The translations under genes and the position numbers were made by a program. Below the pieces are notes generated by a model. It made no database searches and was not told where the DNA came from. It was given only the letters and a program-made list of their open reading frames with translations. A stretch of DNA of 64,000 nt from Syntrophaceae bacterium UBA7520. Its GTDB lineage: Bacteria; Desulfobacterota; Syntrophia; Syntrophales; Smithellaceae. Location: positions 3,452-67,451 of the forward strand of contig DLNC01000009.1 of the NCBI GenBank assembly GCA_002478265.1, in the 5' to 3' direction. Each line of letters starts with the position of its first letter. Position 1 is the stretch's first letter. Positions 1 to 10,571 of this stretch are shown here, piece after piece.

Positions 1-444
1 CAGGTTCTGATTGCGGATAATATTGAGCATCACAAGGATCTGGTTTATTTTTCCACCAAGGATGCTCCGGCTACTGAGTTATTGCTTGAATATTCGGAGC
101 ATTATGTGAATAATTTTCTGCATGACAATGAGCTCTTCAGGATATTAATGACCTTTATGCTCCAAACCGAACAAATGAACCTGACGCCGCAGCAGAACGC
201 CGAACTGATTCGGACCACCAACGAAAATATTAAATTCGTTTCCGTAATTCTGCAAAGGGGAATTGACACCGGTGAATTTTTGCCCACGATTGACATCCGT
301 CAGACACAAAACGCCATCTGGGGATTGCTCAACGGAATTATCTCCCTCTTTCTATTTTTGGGAAATCCGAACAGGCGCGCGGAAAAAATTCACTCTCTGG
401 TAAAGGAAAGCCTAAACATCTTTATCAAAGGATTGAGAAAGTAG
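1..444 (+). CDS. TetR/AcrR-family regulator, C-terminal part (5' end outside the window)
   Basis: Frame 1 is open from base 1 to TAG at 444. Helical TetR C-terminal pattern (ILQRGIDTGEF...AIWGLLNGIISL). Confidence 0.7.
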   Translation, partial: QVLIADNIEHHKDLVYFSTKDAPATELLLEYSEHYVNNFLHDNELFRILMTFMLQTEQMNLTPQQNAELIRTTNENIKFVSVILQRGIDTGEFLPTIDIRQTQNAIWGLLNGIISLFLFLGNPNRRAEKIHSLVKESLNIFIKGLRK

Positions 445-457
445 CTTTTTTAATCTT

Positions 458-799
458 TTATTTTCCTGCCTGCCGAAATAATTTTTGAAAATCCTGTTCG
501 GCCGCTTTTAAAAGTCTCTCTACTTCTTTTTCCAATTTTTCAAAACGATCAATGATCGCCCGCGCCTGCTCGGTGAGATTCATGGTTTTTTTTCGCGCGC
601 TTGCCTTAACCAACTCAATGCCCATCCGTTCCTCGGAGGCTTTCAATCTTCCCCATGCCGCGCGGTAGGACATTTCCAGTTTTTTTGCCGCGGCGTTCAG
701 ACTGCTTTTTTCTTCAATGGCGTGCAGGATATCGTCGCGCCCCCGCCCGAATATAACCTTCCCGTTTTTTTCCAACCATATCTTATACTTGATTTCCAT
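458..799 (-). CDS. modE: ModE-family winged-helix regulator (HTH domain only)
   Basis: KIWLE...IFGRGR...SLNAAAKKLEMSYRAAWGRLK matches the ModE N-terminal domain. Divergent from the mod transporter. Confidence 0.85.
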   Translation of the reverse strand: MEIKYKIWLEKNGKVIFGRGRDDILHAIEEKSSLNAAAKKLEMSYRAAWGRLKASEERMGIELVKASARKKTMNLTEQARAIIDRFEKLEKEVERLLKAAEQDFQKLFRQAGK

Positions 800-909
800 T
801 CATACCCCCCAGCCGACAACACCGTTTTTCATTAAGGAGATCTTTGGATAATATATCATTGACAAACAGCACCTCCGCCCGCCAAGTGGCTGATATTGTT
901 TGCCAATTA

Positions 910-929
910 ATATGTTATTTATAACATAT
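910..929. promoter_or_regulatory. Perfect inverted repeat, probable ModE operator
   Basis: ATATGTTAT-TT-ATAACATAT between divergent modE and modABC. Confidence 0.6.
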
Positions 930-956
930 GTAAAAAATGCTAAGGAGTCAACCAAC

Positions 957-1100
957 ATGAAGATGGGTTTAGCCGTAGCTGCTTTTGCTTATGTTGTTTT
1001 TATGAGTCCTTTTTCATTTTTTGCGGAGGAAAAAATTTCTGTTGCGGCGACGGCAAACTTTACTTCAGCAAACATCGCTGCTGGGAATAAACCGAGTTAG
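957..1100 (+). pseudogene. Truncated remnant of a canonical modA (signal peptide and first strand)
   Basis: AAGGAG RBS and signal-peptide-like start, then AEEKISVAATANFT (ModA 'VAAAANF' motif), then an early TAG. Confidence 0.55.
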
Positions 1101-1104
1101 ACTT

Positions 1105-1959
1105 ATGATTCGTGCTCTAGGTACCTTTGCAGGCTGTTGTTCCCTGTTATTGTTCGCTTTGCAGGGGCTTTCGTTTGGCGGGGAACTCTTTATTTTCGCC
1201 GGCGCAGCCAGTAAACCGGCAACTGAGGAAACAGCCAAAGCTTTCGAGAAAAAGACGGGTGTGAAGGTAAATCTTACATTCGGCGGATCGGGTTTTGTTC
1301 TTTCCCAGATGGCTCTTGCAAAAAAAGGAGATCTCTATTTTCCCGGGTCATCTGATTATATGGAAATCGCCAAGCAAAAGGGGCTGGTTTTTCCCGAATC
1401 GGAAAAATATGTTGTATATCTTGTTCCGGCAATAAATGTCCAGAAGGGTAATCCCAAGGGTATCAAATTATTGCGGGACCTCATTAAACCGGGGCTGCGG
1501 GTGGCCATTGCGAATCCGGAGAACGTGTGCGTCGGGCTTTATGCCGCCGAGATTATAGAAAAGAACTATACTGCGGATGAAAAGGCCCGGTTCAGGAACA
1601 ATCTCGTTAACTATACGGAAAGCTGCGAAAAAACGGCCACCGCAATTTCTTTGAAGGCTGTTGACGCGGTTATCGGCTGGGAAGTTTTCCAGCATTGGGA
1701 TCCCGAACGTATAGAGACCATTCCCCTCCGGAAAAATGAAATAGTTCGCATCGGCTATATCCCCATCGCCATATCGAGGTTTACGACAAACAGAAATCTT
1801 GCCCAGGAATTCATAGATTTCATTCTTTCCGACGAAGGCAAAATATTTTTTAAAAAATATCATTACTTCATGAGCCCTGAAGAAGCGATGGCTTGGATTG
1901 GCGAAAAGAAGCCGATCGGCGGAGAATATAAAATTCCAGCAGAATGGACGGGAAAATGA
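1105..1959 (+). CDS. modA: Molybdate/tungstate ABC transporter substrate-binding protein
   Basis: Signal peptide; FAGAASKP, FGGSG, DLYFPGS, VAIANPE motifs. ATG at 1105 taken as the start. Confidence 0.85.
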   Translation: MIRALGTFAGCCSLLLFALQGLSFGGELFIFAGAASKPATEETAKAFEKKTGVKVNLTFGGSGFVLSQMALAKKGDLYFPGSSDYMEIAKQKGLVFPESEKYVVYLVPAINVQKGNPKGIKLLRDLIKPGLRVAIANPENVCVGLYAAEIIEKNYTADEKARFRNNLVNYTESCEKTATAISLKAVDAVIGWEVFQHWDPERIETIPLRKNEIVRIGYIPIAISRFTTNRNLAQEFIDFILSDEGKIFFKKYHYFMSPEEAMAWIGEKKPIGGEYKIPAEWTGK

Positions 1960-2738
1960 CCTTTAAAAGAATGACGATTGCGTTCGCGGTTTCCGTTTTT
2001 TCTGTATACGCCTTGTTAATCATTTCCCTTTTCTATTTTTATGAGTGGCCCCTATTTATGAAGACGCTCCTTTCTGAAAGAACTCTCTTTTCTATCCGCT
2101 TGAGTCTGATGGCAGCCACCATTGCCACGGTTGTTTCCCTCTTTTTTGCAATTCCATCCGCGTATGCTCTTTCGAGATATCAATTCCCCGGCAGACAGAT
2201 TATCGACACACTCTTGGAACTGCCTATGATTGTTTCGCCGGTGGCTTTGGGCGCAATGATTCTCATTTTTTTCACCACGCCTGCCGGCCAATTGATACAG
2301 GAGCGGGGGACATCGCTTGTCTTTACGATATACGGGATACTCCTTGCTCAGTTCATCACGACGGTTGGTATTGCTATACGGTTTATAAAAGCGGTTTTCG
2401 ACGAAATACCGAAAAAGCACGAAGAAGCGGCCTGGGTCCTCGGTTTGGCGCCGGCACAAACCTTCTTCAAGGTTGTGCTCCCTCTTGGCAAAAAAGGCAT
2501 TATCGCCTCTGCTGTTCTCACGTGGGCCAAAGCCTTGGGTGAATTCGGCGCGACCATCACCATCGCGGGCTCAATGGCCATGAAGACAGAGACCCTTCCC
2601 ATTGCGATTTTTATGAGGCTCTCCAGCGCGGACATAGAAGGGACGGCGGTTCTCGTCCTCATCCTACTTGGCATCGGACTGGGCCTGCTGTATGGCGCGA
2701 GACTCTTTGCGGATAGAGACTGGATTTATAGAGTATAA
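1956..2738 (+). CDS. modB: Molybdate/tungstate ABC transporter permease
   Basis: Hydrophobic; ELPMIVSPVALG, EEAA loop, WAKALGEFGAT. ATGA overlap with the modA stop. Confidence 0.9.
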   Translation: MTFKRMTIAFAVSVFSVYALLIISLFYFYEWPLFMKTLLSERTLFSIRLSLMAATIATVVSLFFAIPSAYALSRYQFPGRQIIDTLLELPMIVSPVALGAMILIFFTTPAGQLIQERGTSLVFTIYGILLAQFITTVGIAIRFIKAVFDEIPKKHEEAAWVLGLAPAQTFFKVVLPLGKKGIIASAVLTWAKALGEFGATITIAGSMAMKTETLPIAIFMRLSSADIEGTAVLVLILLGIGLGLLYGARLFADRDWIYRV

Positions 2739-2754
2739 TAAGAAAGAACATATA

Positions 2755-3468
2755 ATGAGCATTGCCGTTTCGTTAAAAAAGAATTTAAATTATTTTGATC
2801 TGGATATTTCATTTTCCTGTGCGAAAAATAACTTGCTGGTGATGATCGGCCCTTCCGGCAGCGGTAAGACAACGATTATCCGGATGCTGGCGGGTCTGGA
2901 AGAGCCCAAAGCGGGCAAAGTGGTGTTCGATGATGAAGTCTGGTTTGATTCCCTGCGCCATATCAATGCTCCGCCACAGAAACGTCGCCTGGGTTATGTT
3001 TTTCAGGATTACAATCTTTTCCCGCATCTGAATTTGTATGAAAATGCGTTGTTCGCCGCTGTGGATAAAAAGGAAGTTGACGAGCTGTTTGAACTTTTTA
3101 AAATCGATCATTTGAAGAGGCGCAAACCGCACATGGTTTCCGGCGGCGAGCGCCAGCGCTGCGCGATTTGTCAGGCGCTGGCCAGGCATCCCCGCTTGCT
3201 GCTTCTTGATGAACCGTTTTCGGCGCTGGATGCCATCACGCGCCGGGATTTGCGCGAGGAATTGAAAAACCTGAAGAGCACAATGTCGTTCCCGATTATT
3301 TATGTAACGCATGATATCACAGAAGCGCTGTATCTGGCCGATGAAATTATTCCTGTTGTCGACGGCAAAATCGATCATCAATGGATGCAGAAAATGATCG
3401 ATCGCGAACCTTCATCGGAATCAACACCGCGGGCGGCGCGCGCGCCACGCCTCTCGCTGGCATACTAG
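2755..3468 (+). CDS. modC: Molybdate ABC transporter ATP-binding protein
   Basis: Walker A GPSGSGKT, signature VSGGERQR, Walker B LLLLDEPF. Confidence 0.9.
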   Translation: MSIAVSLKKNLNYFDLDISFSCAKNNLLVMIGPSGSGKTTIIRMLAGLEEPKAGKVVFDDEVWFDSLRHINAPPQKRRLGYVFQDYNLFPHLNLYENALFAAVDKKEVDELFELFKIDHLKRRKPHMVSGGERQRCAICQALARHPRLLLLDEPFSALDAITRRDLREELKNLKSTMSFPIIYVTHDITEALYLADEIIPVVDGKIDHQWMQKMIDREPSSESTPRAARAPRLSLAY

Positions 3469-3502
3469 TATTTTTTAATGATATTGAGGAGCTTGATTAT
3501 TT

Positions 3503-4093
3503 ATGAATATCTGCACCTATTCCTACAAAGAATACCTTCAGCTGGTTAAATCCTTTCACGGCTCACTTGCCCCGGGTTTAATTATCGGCGGTTTTATCGT
3601 CGATCTGGCCATGAAAAACTTGCCGGAAGGCGAATTTTTTGACGCCGTCTGCGAGACACCGGTTTGCTTGCCCGATGCCGTGCAGATTCTCACCCCCTGC
3701 ACTATCGGCAACGGCTGGCTCTCCGTTGTTAATTTCGGCAAGTTTGCCGTTACCTTGTATGAAAAATACAGCGGCAGGGGAGTGCGCGTGTACCTGGACA
3801 CGAAAAAACTTCAAGCATGGCCGGAAATCCGCGACTGGTATCTGAAAAAAAAGAAAAAAAACGAACAGGATTCGGATTTGCTGCTAGCGCAAATCAAAGA
3901 AGCCGGACATAATCTGCTGAGCATCCAATATGTGCAGGTTGAACCGGATAAAATCCGCCGGAAAAAAATGGGGCCTGTGGATATCTGCCCGGTTTGTAAA
4001 GAAGCGTATCCAACGCGCGACGGAGAAAAATGCAAGGCCTGCCAGGGAGAAACGCCTTATGCGAAGGTATCAGAACCACCAACAAAAAAATAA
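3503..4093 (+). CDS. FmdE-family protein with C-terminal zinc finger
   Basis: FHGSLAPG, CLPDAVQILTPCTIGNG, CPVCKEAYP...CKACQG. Confidence 0.85.
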   Translation: MNICTYSYKEYLQLVKSFHGSLAPGLIIGGFIVDLAMKNLPEGEFFDAVCETPVCLPDAVQILTPCTIGNGWLSVVNFGKFAVTLYEKYSGRGVRVYLDTKKLQAWPEIRDWYLKKKKKNEQDSDLLLAQIKEAGHNLLSIQYVQVEPDKIRRKKMGPVDICPVCKEAYPTRDGEKCKACQGETPYAKVSEPPTKK

Positions 4094-4161
4094 ATATATT
4101 GCTTTGAGGAGACATTAAGCATATCGCCTGATCGATTCTACATGAACGAAACAGAGCATCT

Positions 4162-4719
4162 ATGAATAAATTTACTGAAGGAGTTGTAAACCATTTATAC
4201 AATATAACAACGGGACCGCAAAAAATGCGCCTTCTTCTCACCCCTGTATTCGGTTTGTTTTTTTTCTTTGTCGTATTGTTTTTGGTATTTATCTCTTTTT
4301 CTCTGGATCGGTTTTGTGGCTTACCAAATTTCGCGCCAAGACCATTGCGCCTGGCGCTGTCTTTGCCTGTGCTAATCGGAGGTTCTTTTTTGTGGCTCTG
4401 GAGTGTGCTGAAGTTCTTAAAAACAAAAGGAACACCCGTGCCGGTGAATCCTCCGACAAAACTGATTACTGACGGGCCTTATCTTTATTCACGCAACCCG
4501 ATGATGACGGGTCTTTTTATGATAATGGCGGGAATCGGCATTTTCGCGGGATCGGTGACCTTGACATTTTTTATGACGCCGCTGTTCGTTCTGATAAGCG
4601 TCATTGAATTCAAATATATTGAGGAACCGGAATTGGAGAAGCGTTTCGGAAAAATTTATAGCGAATACAGACAAAAGACACCTTTAATTATTCCGAAAAT
4701 AAGCCGAATCCGAAAGTAG
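4162..4719 (+). CDS. Isoprenylcysteine carboxylmethyltransferase/PEMT-family membrane protein
   Basis: GTPVPVNPPTKLITDGPYLYSRNPM and EEPELEKRFG..YSEY motifs. Confidence 0.85.
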   Translation: MNKFTEGVVNHLYNITTGPQKMRLLLTPVFGLFFFFVVLFLVFISFSLDRFCGLPNFAPRPLRLALSLPVLIGGSFLWLWSVLKFLKTKGTPVPVNPPTKLITDGPYLYSRNPMMTGLFMIMAGIGIFAGSVTLTFFMTPLFVLISVIEFKYIEEPELEKRFGKIYSEYRQKTPLIIPKISRIRK

Positions 4720-4725
4720 GAAAGA

Positions 4726-5493
4726 GTGCTGTTAATGCCGGAAACAGGATTTTTTTTGAATCGCCTTTATGCGCAGATGGAACCATCAGCCAAAAATCGC
4801 CGCGTTGTCGATCTGCGCCTCGGTTTGAGTTATGTAGGGGTTAAACTGGATAGCGGAACGACGGGTATTGCCGCGGTGCTGCCGGATATTTCCCACCGCG
4901 GCTGTACGGATTTAAAAGAAGCGGGAACTTATACGGGGGCGGAAGCGCAACACCTGATTAAATATCTTCTGGAAAGCAAAAGCTCCCTGCGTTTATCTAT
5001 CGGGCTCGCCCTGGCCAATGCGCTTGTCAAGTTACCAGTGGATACACACGAAGATCGTGAAGCGACAACTTATTTCAATTTAAAACCTGGGGAAAAGGTA
5101 GCGATGGTTGGTCTTTTTGCTCCGCTGGTTGAGCGTATCCGCGCCACCGGCGCAAATCTCACTATCATCGAAAAAAACCCCGCACGCATTGATTTGCTAT
5201 CAGACGAAGAAAAAAAACAGGCCCTCAAAGAATGTGACGTGGCAATCATCACGGCCACAACTTTATTAAATAATACTTGCGAAGAAACATTGGCCATGCT
5301 GGGGCGCCCGCGCATCGTGGCCTTAATGGGCCCATCCACGCCGCTGGTACCGGAAATTTTTTCAGGAACACAAGTTAATCACCTGGGCGGCGCTATCGTG
5401 ACGAACGCTCAACGTGTTTTACAGATTATCTCCGAAGGCGGCGGCACACCGGCGTTACGTCCATATCTTCGTTTTGTCAACATGAAGTGCTGA
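4726..5493 (+). CDS. DUF364-family Rossmann-like protein (putative metal chelation)
   Basis: IGLALANA, VAMVGLFAP, IITATTLLNNT, LMGPSTP motifs. Confidence 0.8.
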   Translation: MLLMPETGFFLNRLYAQMEPSAKNRRVVDLRLGLSYVGVKLDSGTTGIAAVLPDISHRGCTDLKEAGTYTGAEAQHLIKYLLESKSSLRLSIGLALANALVKLPVDTHEDREATTYFNLKPGEKVAMVGLFAPLVERIRATGANLTIIEKNPARIDLLSDEEKKQALKECDVAIITATTLLNNTCEETLAMLGRPRIVALMGPSTPLVPEIFSGTQVNHLGGAIVTNAQRVLQIISEGGGTPALRPYLRFVNMKC

Positions 5494-5522
5494 TTTAATA
5501 TCTATGTGCGGCTTTTAAATTT

Positions 5523-6326
5523 TCAGCCGGCAATGAGTCTTTCCGGAAAGCTGTAAATGTAACCGCCGTTCTCACGGACATAGCCCAGAAGCGTTACGCG
5601 ATGTTCCCGCGCGAGCTTGACGGCGGCGGTTGTCGGCGTGGATTTGGAAACCAGAATCGGCACGCCCATCCGGATTATTTTAGTCATTATCTCGGAGGAA
5701 ATTCTGCCCGAAACAAAAACAACCGCCTGGCCGAACAAATCCATTTTGCTTTCTTCCAGCATCAATCCGGTAATTTTATCGAAACAGTTGTGCCGGCCGA
5801 TATCTTCAACCAAAACTTCATAATCAGGCGTGTAAAGCAGCACGCTGTGCACCCCGCCGATATCGATAAAAATGGTCGAACGCGTGACAAAATCACTCAT
5901 CACGGACAGAATTTTACCGAGCGGATACGTAACCGCGCTGGTCACTTCCTTGTACTGGCTTTTTTTCAGAGGATTTATGTAAGTATAGCATTTGCCGCAG
6001 CCGGAAGTAAGACTGCGCAAACTTTCCTGACGGTCGATGATCACGCCTTCCTTGAGCCTGATTGTCACAGCCAGCATTTTATCATTAAACGCCACGCTCT
6101 CGACATCAGAATAAGAACTGATCACTCCTTCATTATACAAAAAACCCAGAGCAAGTTCTTTCTGATATTGATTAAGGCAGAGAACTGATACCAGCTCCAT
6201 GCCGTTGACCATTACTTTCAAGGAAATCTCGCCAATTACTTTTTTGGCGGCATCCCGCGTGCGAAAAACATTCTGATCACGAATAATTTCGCTGACGTTT
6301 AATTCCTCGTAAATTATATCTTCCAA
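5523..6326 (-). CDS. fdhD: Formate dehydrogenase accessory sulfurtransferase
   Basis: ELALGFLYNEG, TSGCGKC, GGVHS, EDIGRHNCFDK, SGRISSEI. Confidence 0.92.
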   Translation of the reverse strand: MEDIIYEELNVSEIIRDQNVFRTRDAAKKVIGEISLKVMVNGMELVSVLCLNQYQKELALGFLYNEGVISSYSDVESVAFNDKMLAVTIRLKEGVIIDRQESLRSLTSGCGKCYTYINPLKKSQYKEVTSAVTYPLGKILSVMSDFVTRSTIFIDIGGVHSVLLYTPDYEVLVEDIGRHNCFDKITGLMLEESKMDLFGQAVVFVSGRISSEIMTKIIRMGVPILVSKSTPTTAAVKLAREHRVTLLGYVRENGGYIYSFPERLIAG

Positions 6327-6543
6327 AGCAGATAATCCTTTTTCATAAATTAACTTAGCCCGATAAGCATCGGCCTTTTACTCTATGGTCCACGGATCGC
6401 AAAAAGCAAAAAACTTCATGACGCCTAGCTTTGTGTCAACGTTTGTAACATTTTTAAGATAATATTTCATGTAATTAATATCCGCTTAATACATCAAGAA
6501 AATACCTTGAAAAGAGAGGCGTTCCCCATTATATAAAAATGGC

Positions 6544-7071
6544 ATGGGCACCGACAAGGGCAATAACAAAACACCAATCTTATCAATTGTCGGGAAATCC
6601 AATTCCGGCAAGACAACTCTTATTGAAAAGCTGATCCCGTTATTGACTGATCGCGGCTGGCGCGTAGCAACCATCAAGCACAACATGCACGGCTTTGAAA
6701 TCGACCACGCCGGCAAAGACAGCTGGCGCCATAAAAAGGCCGGCGCCTGCGTTACCGTCATCGCCTCTCCCCGTCAGGTAGCGGTCGTGGAAGACACTGA
6801 CCGCGACTACGAAATTTCGGAATTGCGGGACCGCTACATCCGCAATGCCGATATAATTCTCGTGGAAGGATACAAAAAAAATCCTTACCCGAAAATTGAA
6901 GTGTACCGGCCTGCGCTGAGAAGCGAGCGCCTCAGCTTTGCCGGGGAAAAGCTTCTGGCAATTGTCAGCGACGAGGCAATCACTGCCGAGGTTCCCTGCC
7001 TGAATATAAACGACATCACCGCCATTGTCGACTTGATCGAGAAACACTTCCCGAAAAAATCAAATTCATAG
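6544..7071 (+). CDS. mobB: Molybdopterin-guanine dinucleotide biosynthesis protein B
   Basis: GKSNSGKTTL, IKH..HGFEID..GKDSWRH, ILVEGYK. Confidence 0.92.
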   Translation: MGTDKGNNKTPILSIVGKSNSGKTTLIEKLIPLLTDRGWRVATIKHNMHGFEIDHAGKDSWRHKKAGACVTVIASPRQVAVVEDTDRDYEISELRDRYIRNADIILVEGYKKNPYPKIEVYRPALRSERLSFAGEKLLAIVSDEAITAEVPCLNINDITAIVDLIEKHFPKKSNS

Positions 7072-7340
7072 AAACATAAGCATCAACCACGCACTGCTTA
7101 ATCGTGAATTTGTAAAATAAAATTCCTGCGCGCCGAAAACACGCGCAAAATTAATCATATGGTATTTCAACCTCCCTAAATTTCCTTCACCATGATTTAA
7201 ACCAGCGATCATTTGCTTGAATTTTTTAAACATTTCTACACGTCCAATAAGCACTAAAAATAGAGCACGGTTGTGGACATCCTCTTATGTCACAAATGAC
7301 ATGTTTCAATAAAATCATTAACTTGCCGATGAAGAAAAAA

Positions 7341-7382
7341 TTGACAACGTCGCATAAAAACTATATAGGTGACTGTCAGTCA
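7341..7382 (+). promoter_or_regulatory. Putative sigma70 promoter of fdnGHI with an adjacent palindrome
   Basis: TTGACA-N17-TATAGG, followed directly by TGACTG-T-CAGTCA (7370-7382). Confidence 0.5.
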
Positions 7383-7462
7383 TGCTCATGCATGTTTATT
7401 TTACTTAAGATATTAATGGTAACTGATCAGAGCATAAACACTTGGAGAAAGGAGCGTTTTTT

Positions 7463-10400
7463 ATGAACGTCAGCAGAAGAGGTTTCTTGAAACTTTCCGG
7501 CGCTGTCACGGCAGTAAGCGGTCTGGGGCTCAGCCTCAAGGCAACCGCCGCCCACGCGAAGGAACTGAAAATCAAGTACGCTAAAGAAACCACAACCATT
7601 TGTCCTTATTGTTCCGTCGGCTGTAGTATTATCGTGTCCACGCGCGACGGCAAAGTGATCAACACAGAAGGTGATCCGGACAGCCCCATTAACCGCGGCT
7701 CGCTTTGCAGCAAAGGCGGCTCGATTTATCAGATGGTGAATAATGAAAACCGTCTGAGCAAGCCTCTTTACCGCGCGCCGAACGCGACGGAATGGAAAGA
7801 GGTGGACTGGGAGTGGGCGCTTGATAAAATTGCCGAAAACATCAAAAAAAGCCGTGACGCCAGCTTCAAAAGAACTAACGCCAAAGGCGAGCTGGTCAAC
7901 CGCACGGATGGAATTGCTTCCGTCGGCTCTGCGGCGCTGGATCTGGAAGAATGCTTCACGTACCAAAAATTCTTAAGGGGGTTGGGCCTGGTCTATATTG
8001 AACATCAGGCCCGTATCTGACACAGCCCGACTGTACCGGCTCTGGCAGAGTCGTTCGGACGCGGCGCAATGACGAATCACTGGGTAGATATCCGCAACAG
8101 TGATGTTATTCTAATCATGGGCAGCAATCCTGCCGCCAACCATCCTATCGCTTTTAAATGGATACAGCACGCCCTGGATAACAGGGGAGCTAAACTTTTA
8201 TGCGTAGATCCCCGCTTTACTCAGTCAGCGGCTAAAGCGCATGTTTACGCTCCGCTGCGTTCAGGTACGGATATCGCTTTCCTGGGCGGGATGATTAAGT
8301 ATATCATCGATAACAGACTATATTTTGAAGACTATGTAAAAAACTACACCAACGCCACTTTTCTGGTTAATCCGGCGCTTAAGCTTCCCGGAGAAAACCG
8401 CGGCGTCTTTTCCGGCCTGAAAGACGGTAAATACGAAAAAGACACTTGGTCGTACCAGACAGACGCGGAAGGAGTCATCAAAAAGGACCCGTCCTTGAAA
8501 GACCCCAACTGTGTTTTCCAGCTTTTGCGCAAACAATATTCACGCTACAATATAGACGTTGTCTCCCGCATTACGGGCACACCCAAAGACAAACTTTTAG
8601 AAATTTACAAAATTTATGCGGGCACCGGCAGGCCCAACAGGGCAGGCAATGTTCTTTACGCGATGGGCTGGACACAGCATACCGTCGGCGTGCAGAACAT
8701 CCGCACCATGGCCATCATCCAACTACTTTTAGGAAATGTCGGCATTGCCGGCGGCGGCGTTCAGGCTATGCGCGGCGAATCGAACGTACAGGGCTCCACC
8801 GACCACGGCCTTTTGTTCCACATCTGGCCCGGTTATTTGGGTGCGCCTACGGCCTCGCTAAAAACCCTGGCGGACTTCAATGAAAAAAGAACTCCGAAAA
8901 CCAAAGAAGCCAAATCACTGAACTGGTGGAAAAATTTCCCGAAATATTCGGCAAGTTTCCTGCGCTCCATGTATGGCACTAACGCCAGCTTGGAAGAAGC
9001 CTATCAGCTTCTGCCTAAGCTGGACGACGGCGCCAATTATTCCTGGCTCCAGCTTTTCGACGACATGTACAAAGGAAAATTCACCGGCTTCTTTGCCTGG
9101 GGCATGAACCCGGCCTGTTCCGGCGCTCATTCCAACAAAGTGCGCCAGGCGCTGGGAAAACTTGACTGGCTGGTCAACGTAAATTTATTTGATAATGAAA
9201 CCGGCTCTTTCTGGCGCGGTCCCGGCATGGATCCGGCGACAATCAAAACAGAAGTGTTCATGCTGCCCTGCGCAGCTTCCATCGAAAAGGAAGGAAGCAT
9301 CGCCAACAGTGGGCGTCTTATGCAGTGGCGTTACAAGGCGGTCAATCCTCCGGGAGAAGCGCTGCCGGACGGCGACATCATGAGCGAACTTTTCTTCCGG
9401 GTGAGAAAGCTCTATCTGCAAAAGGGCGGGCCGAACAGCCAGGCAATTACCAAACTGACCTGGCCCTATGGAAAGTTTGAAGGCAAGCATTTCCACTATA
9501 ATCCCCGCCTGGTAGCGGCGGAAATTAACGGCCGCTTCCTGCAGGATAAGACTGTGGAAAATCCCACGAAGAAGGGAGAATTCAAAACATTTAAGAAAGG
9601 CGATCTTGTTCCGGCGTTTGCCTGGCTGCAGGACGACGGCTCCACATCCTCAGGCGCGTGGATCTACTGCGGCTCGGTAAGCGACAAAGGCATTCTTGGT
9701 ATGCGGCGCATCACGAAAGATGAATCGCGCATCGGCATTTATCCCGAATGGGCATGGAGTTGGCCGGTCAACCGCAGGATTATCTATAACGGCGCTTCTG
9801 TCGATCTCAGTGGTAAGCCGTGGGATCCTACCCGCGCGGTCATCAAATGGGACGGTGAAAAATGGACAGGCGATGTACCCGACGGCGCGGGCAATCCCGG
9901 CTCCGGCAGGCCGCCTTTCATCATGAAACCGGACGGTGTCGCCAGTCTCTACGGACCCGGTCTGGCCGACGGCCCTTTCCCCGAGCACTACGAACCGCTG
10001 GAATGCCCGGTGGAGAAAAACCTGCTGTCACCGCAGAAAAACAACCCGACCATCAAGCGATTTGACAAACCGGGTGTCGGCTCCGATTTGGATGTTTATT
10101 CCGGCGTCGATACCTGCGATCCACGCTATCCGTTTGTCGCCACCACCTACCGCGTCAGCGAGCACTGGCAGACGGGCGTCCTCACCCGCTGGTGTCCGTG
10201 GCTGGCGGAAATGCAGCCCGGCATGTTTGTGGAAATGAGCAAAGAGCTGGCGGAAGAAAGAGGAATTAAAAACGGCGATAAGTGTATTGTACGTACTCCT
10301 CGCGGCGAAGTAGAAGCGATAGCCATTGTGACGCCACGCTTCAAACCGCTGGTTGTCGACGGCAACGATATACATCAAATCGGCCTTCCCTGGCATTACG

Positions 10401-10570
10401 GCTGGATTACCACTAAAAACCGCAAATACGATAAAGGCGACAAAAAAGCGGAGGTATTTACTTCCGGTGACGCGGCAAACCTCCTGACCCCGACGATCGG
10501 AGACGCCAACACGATGATACCGGAGAGCAAAGCCTTCATGGCCAATGTTGTAAAGAAGGGGGTGAAATAA
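7463..10570 (+). CDS. fdnG: Formate dehydrogenase-N-type alpha subunit (Mo/W-bis-PGD, selenocysteine, Tat-exported)
   Basis: ORFs 7442-8020 and 8069-10570 are in one frame, joined through TGA 8018-8020 (EHQARI-U-HSPTVPALAESFGRGAMTNHW). Tat motif SRRGFLK, 4Fe-4S CPYCSVGC...C, AGGAG RBS before ATG 7463. Confidence 0.95.
8021..8060 (+). promoter_or_regulatory. Bacterial SECIS-like hairpin
   Basis: CGACTG-TA-CCGG-CT-CTGG-CAG-AGTCG stem-loop immediately 3' of the in-frame TGA. Confidence 0.75.
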
Positions 10571-10571
10571 C

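Noticed and set aside
1098-1104. Pyrrolysine or other readthrough of the TAG linking the modA stub to modA
   Set aside because: The downstream modA is in a different frame, and the readthrough frame closes again shortly afterwards.
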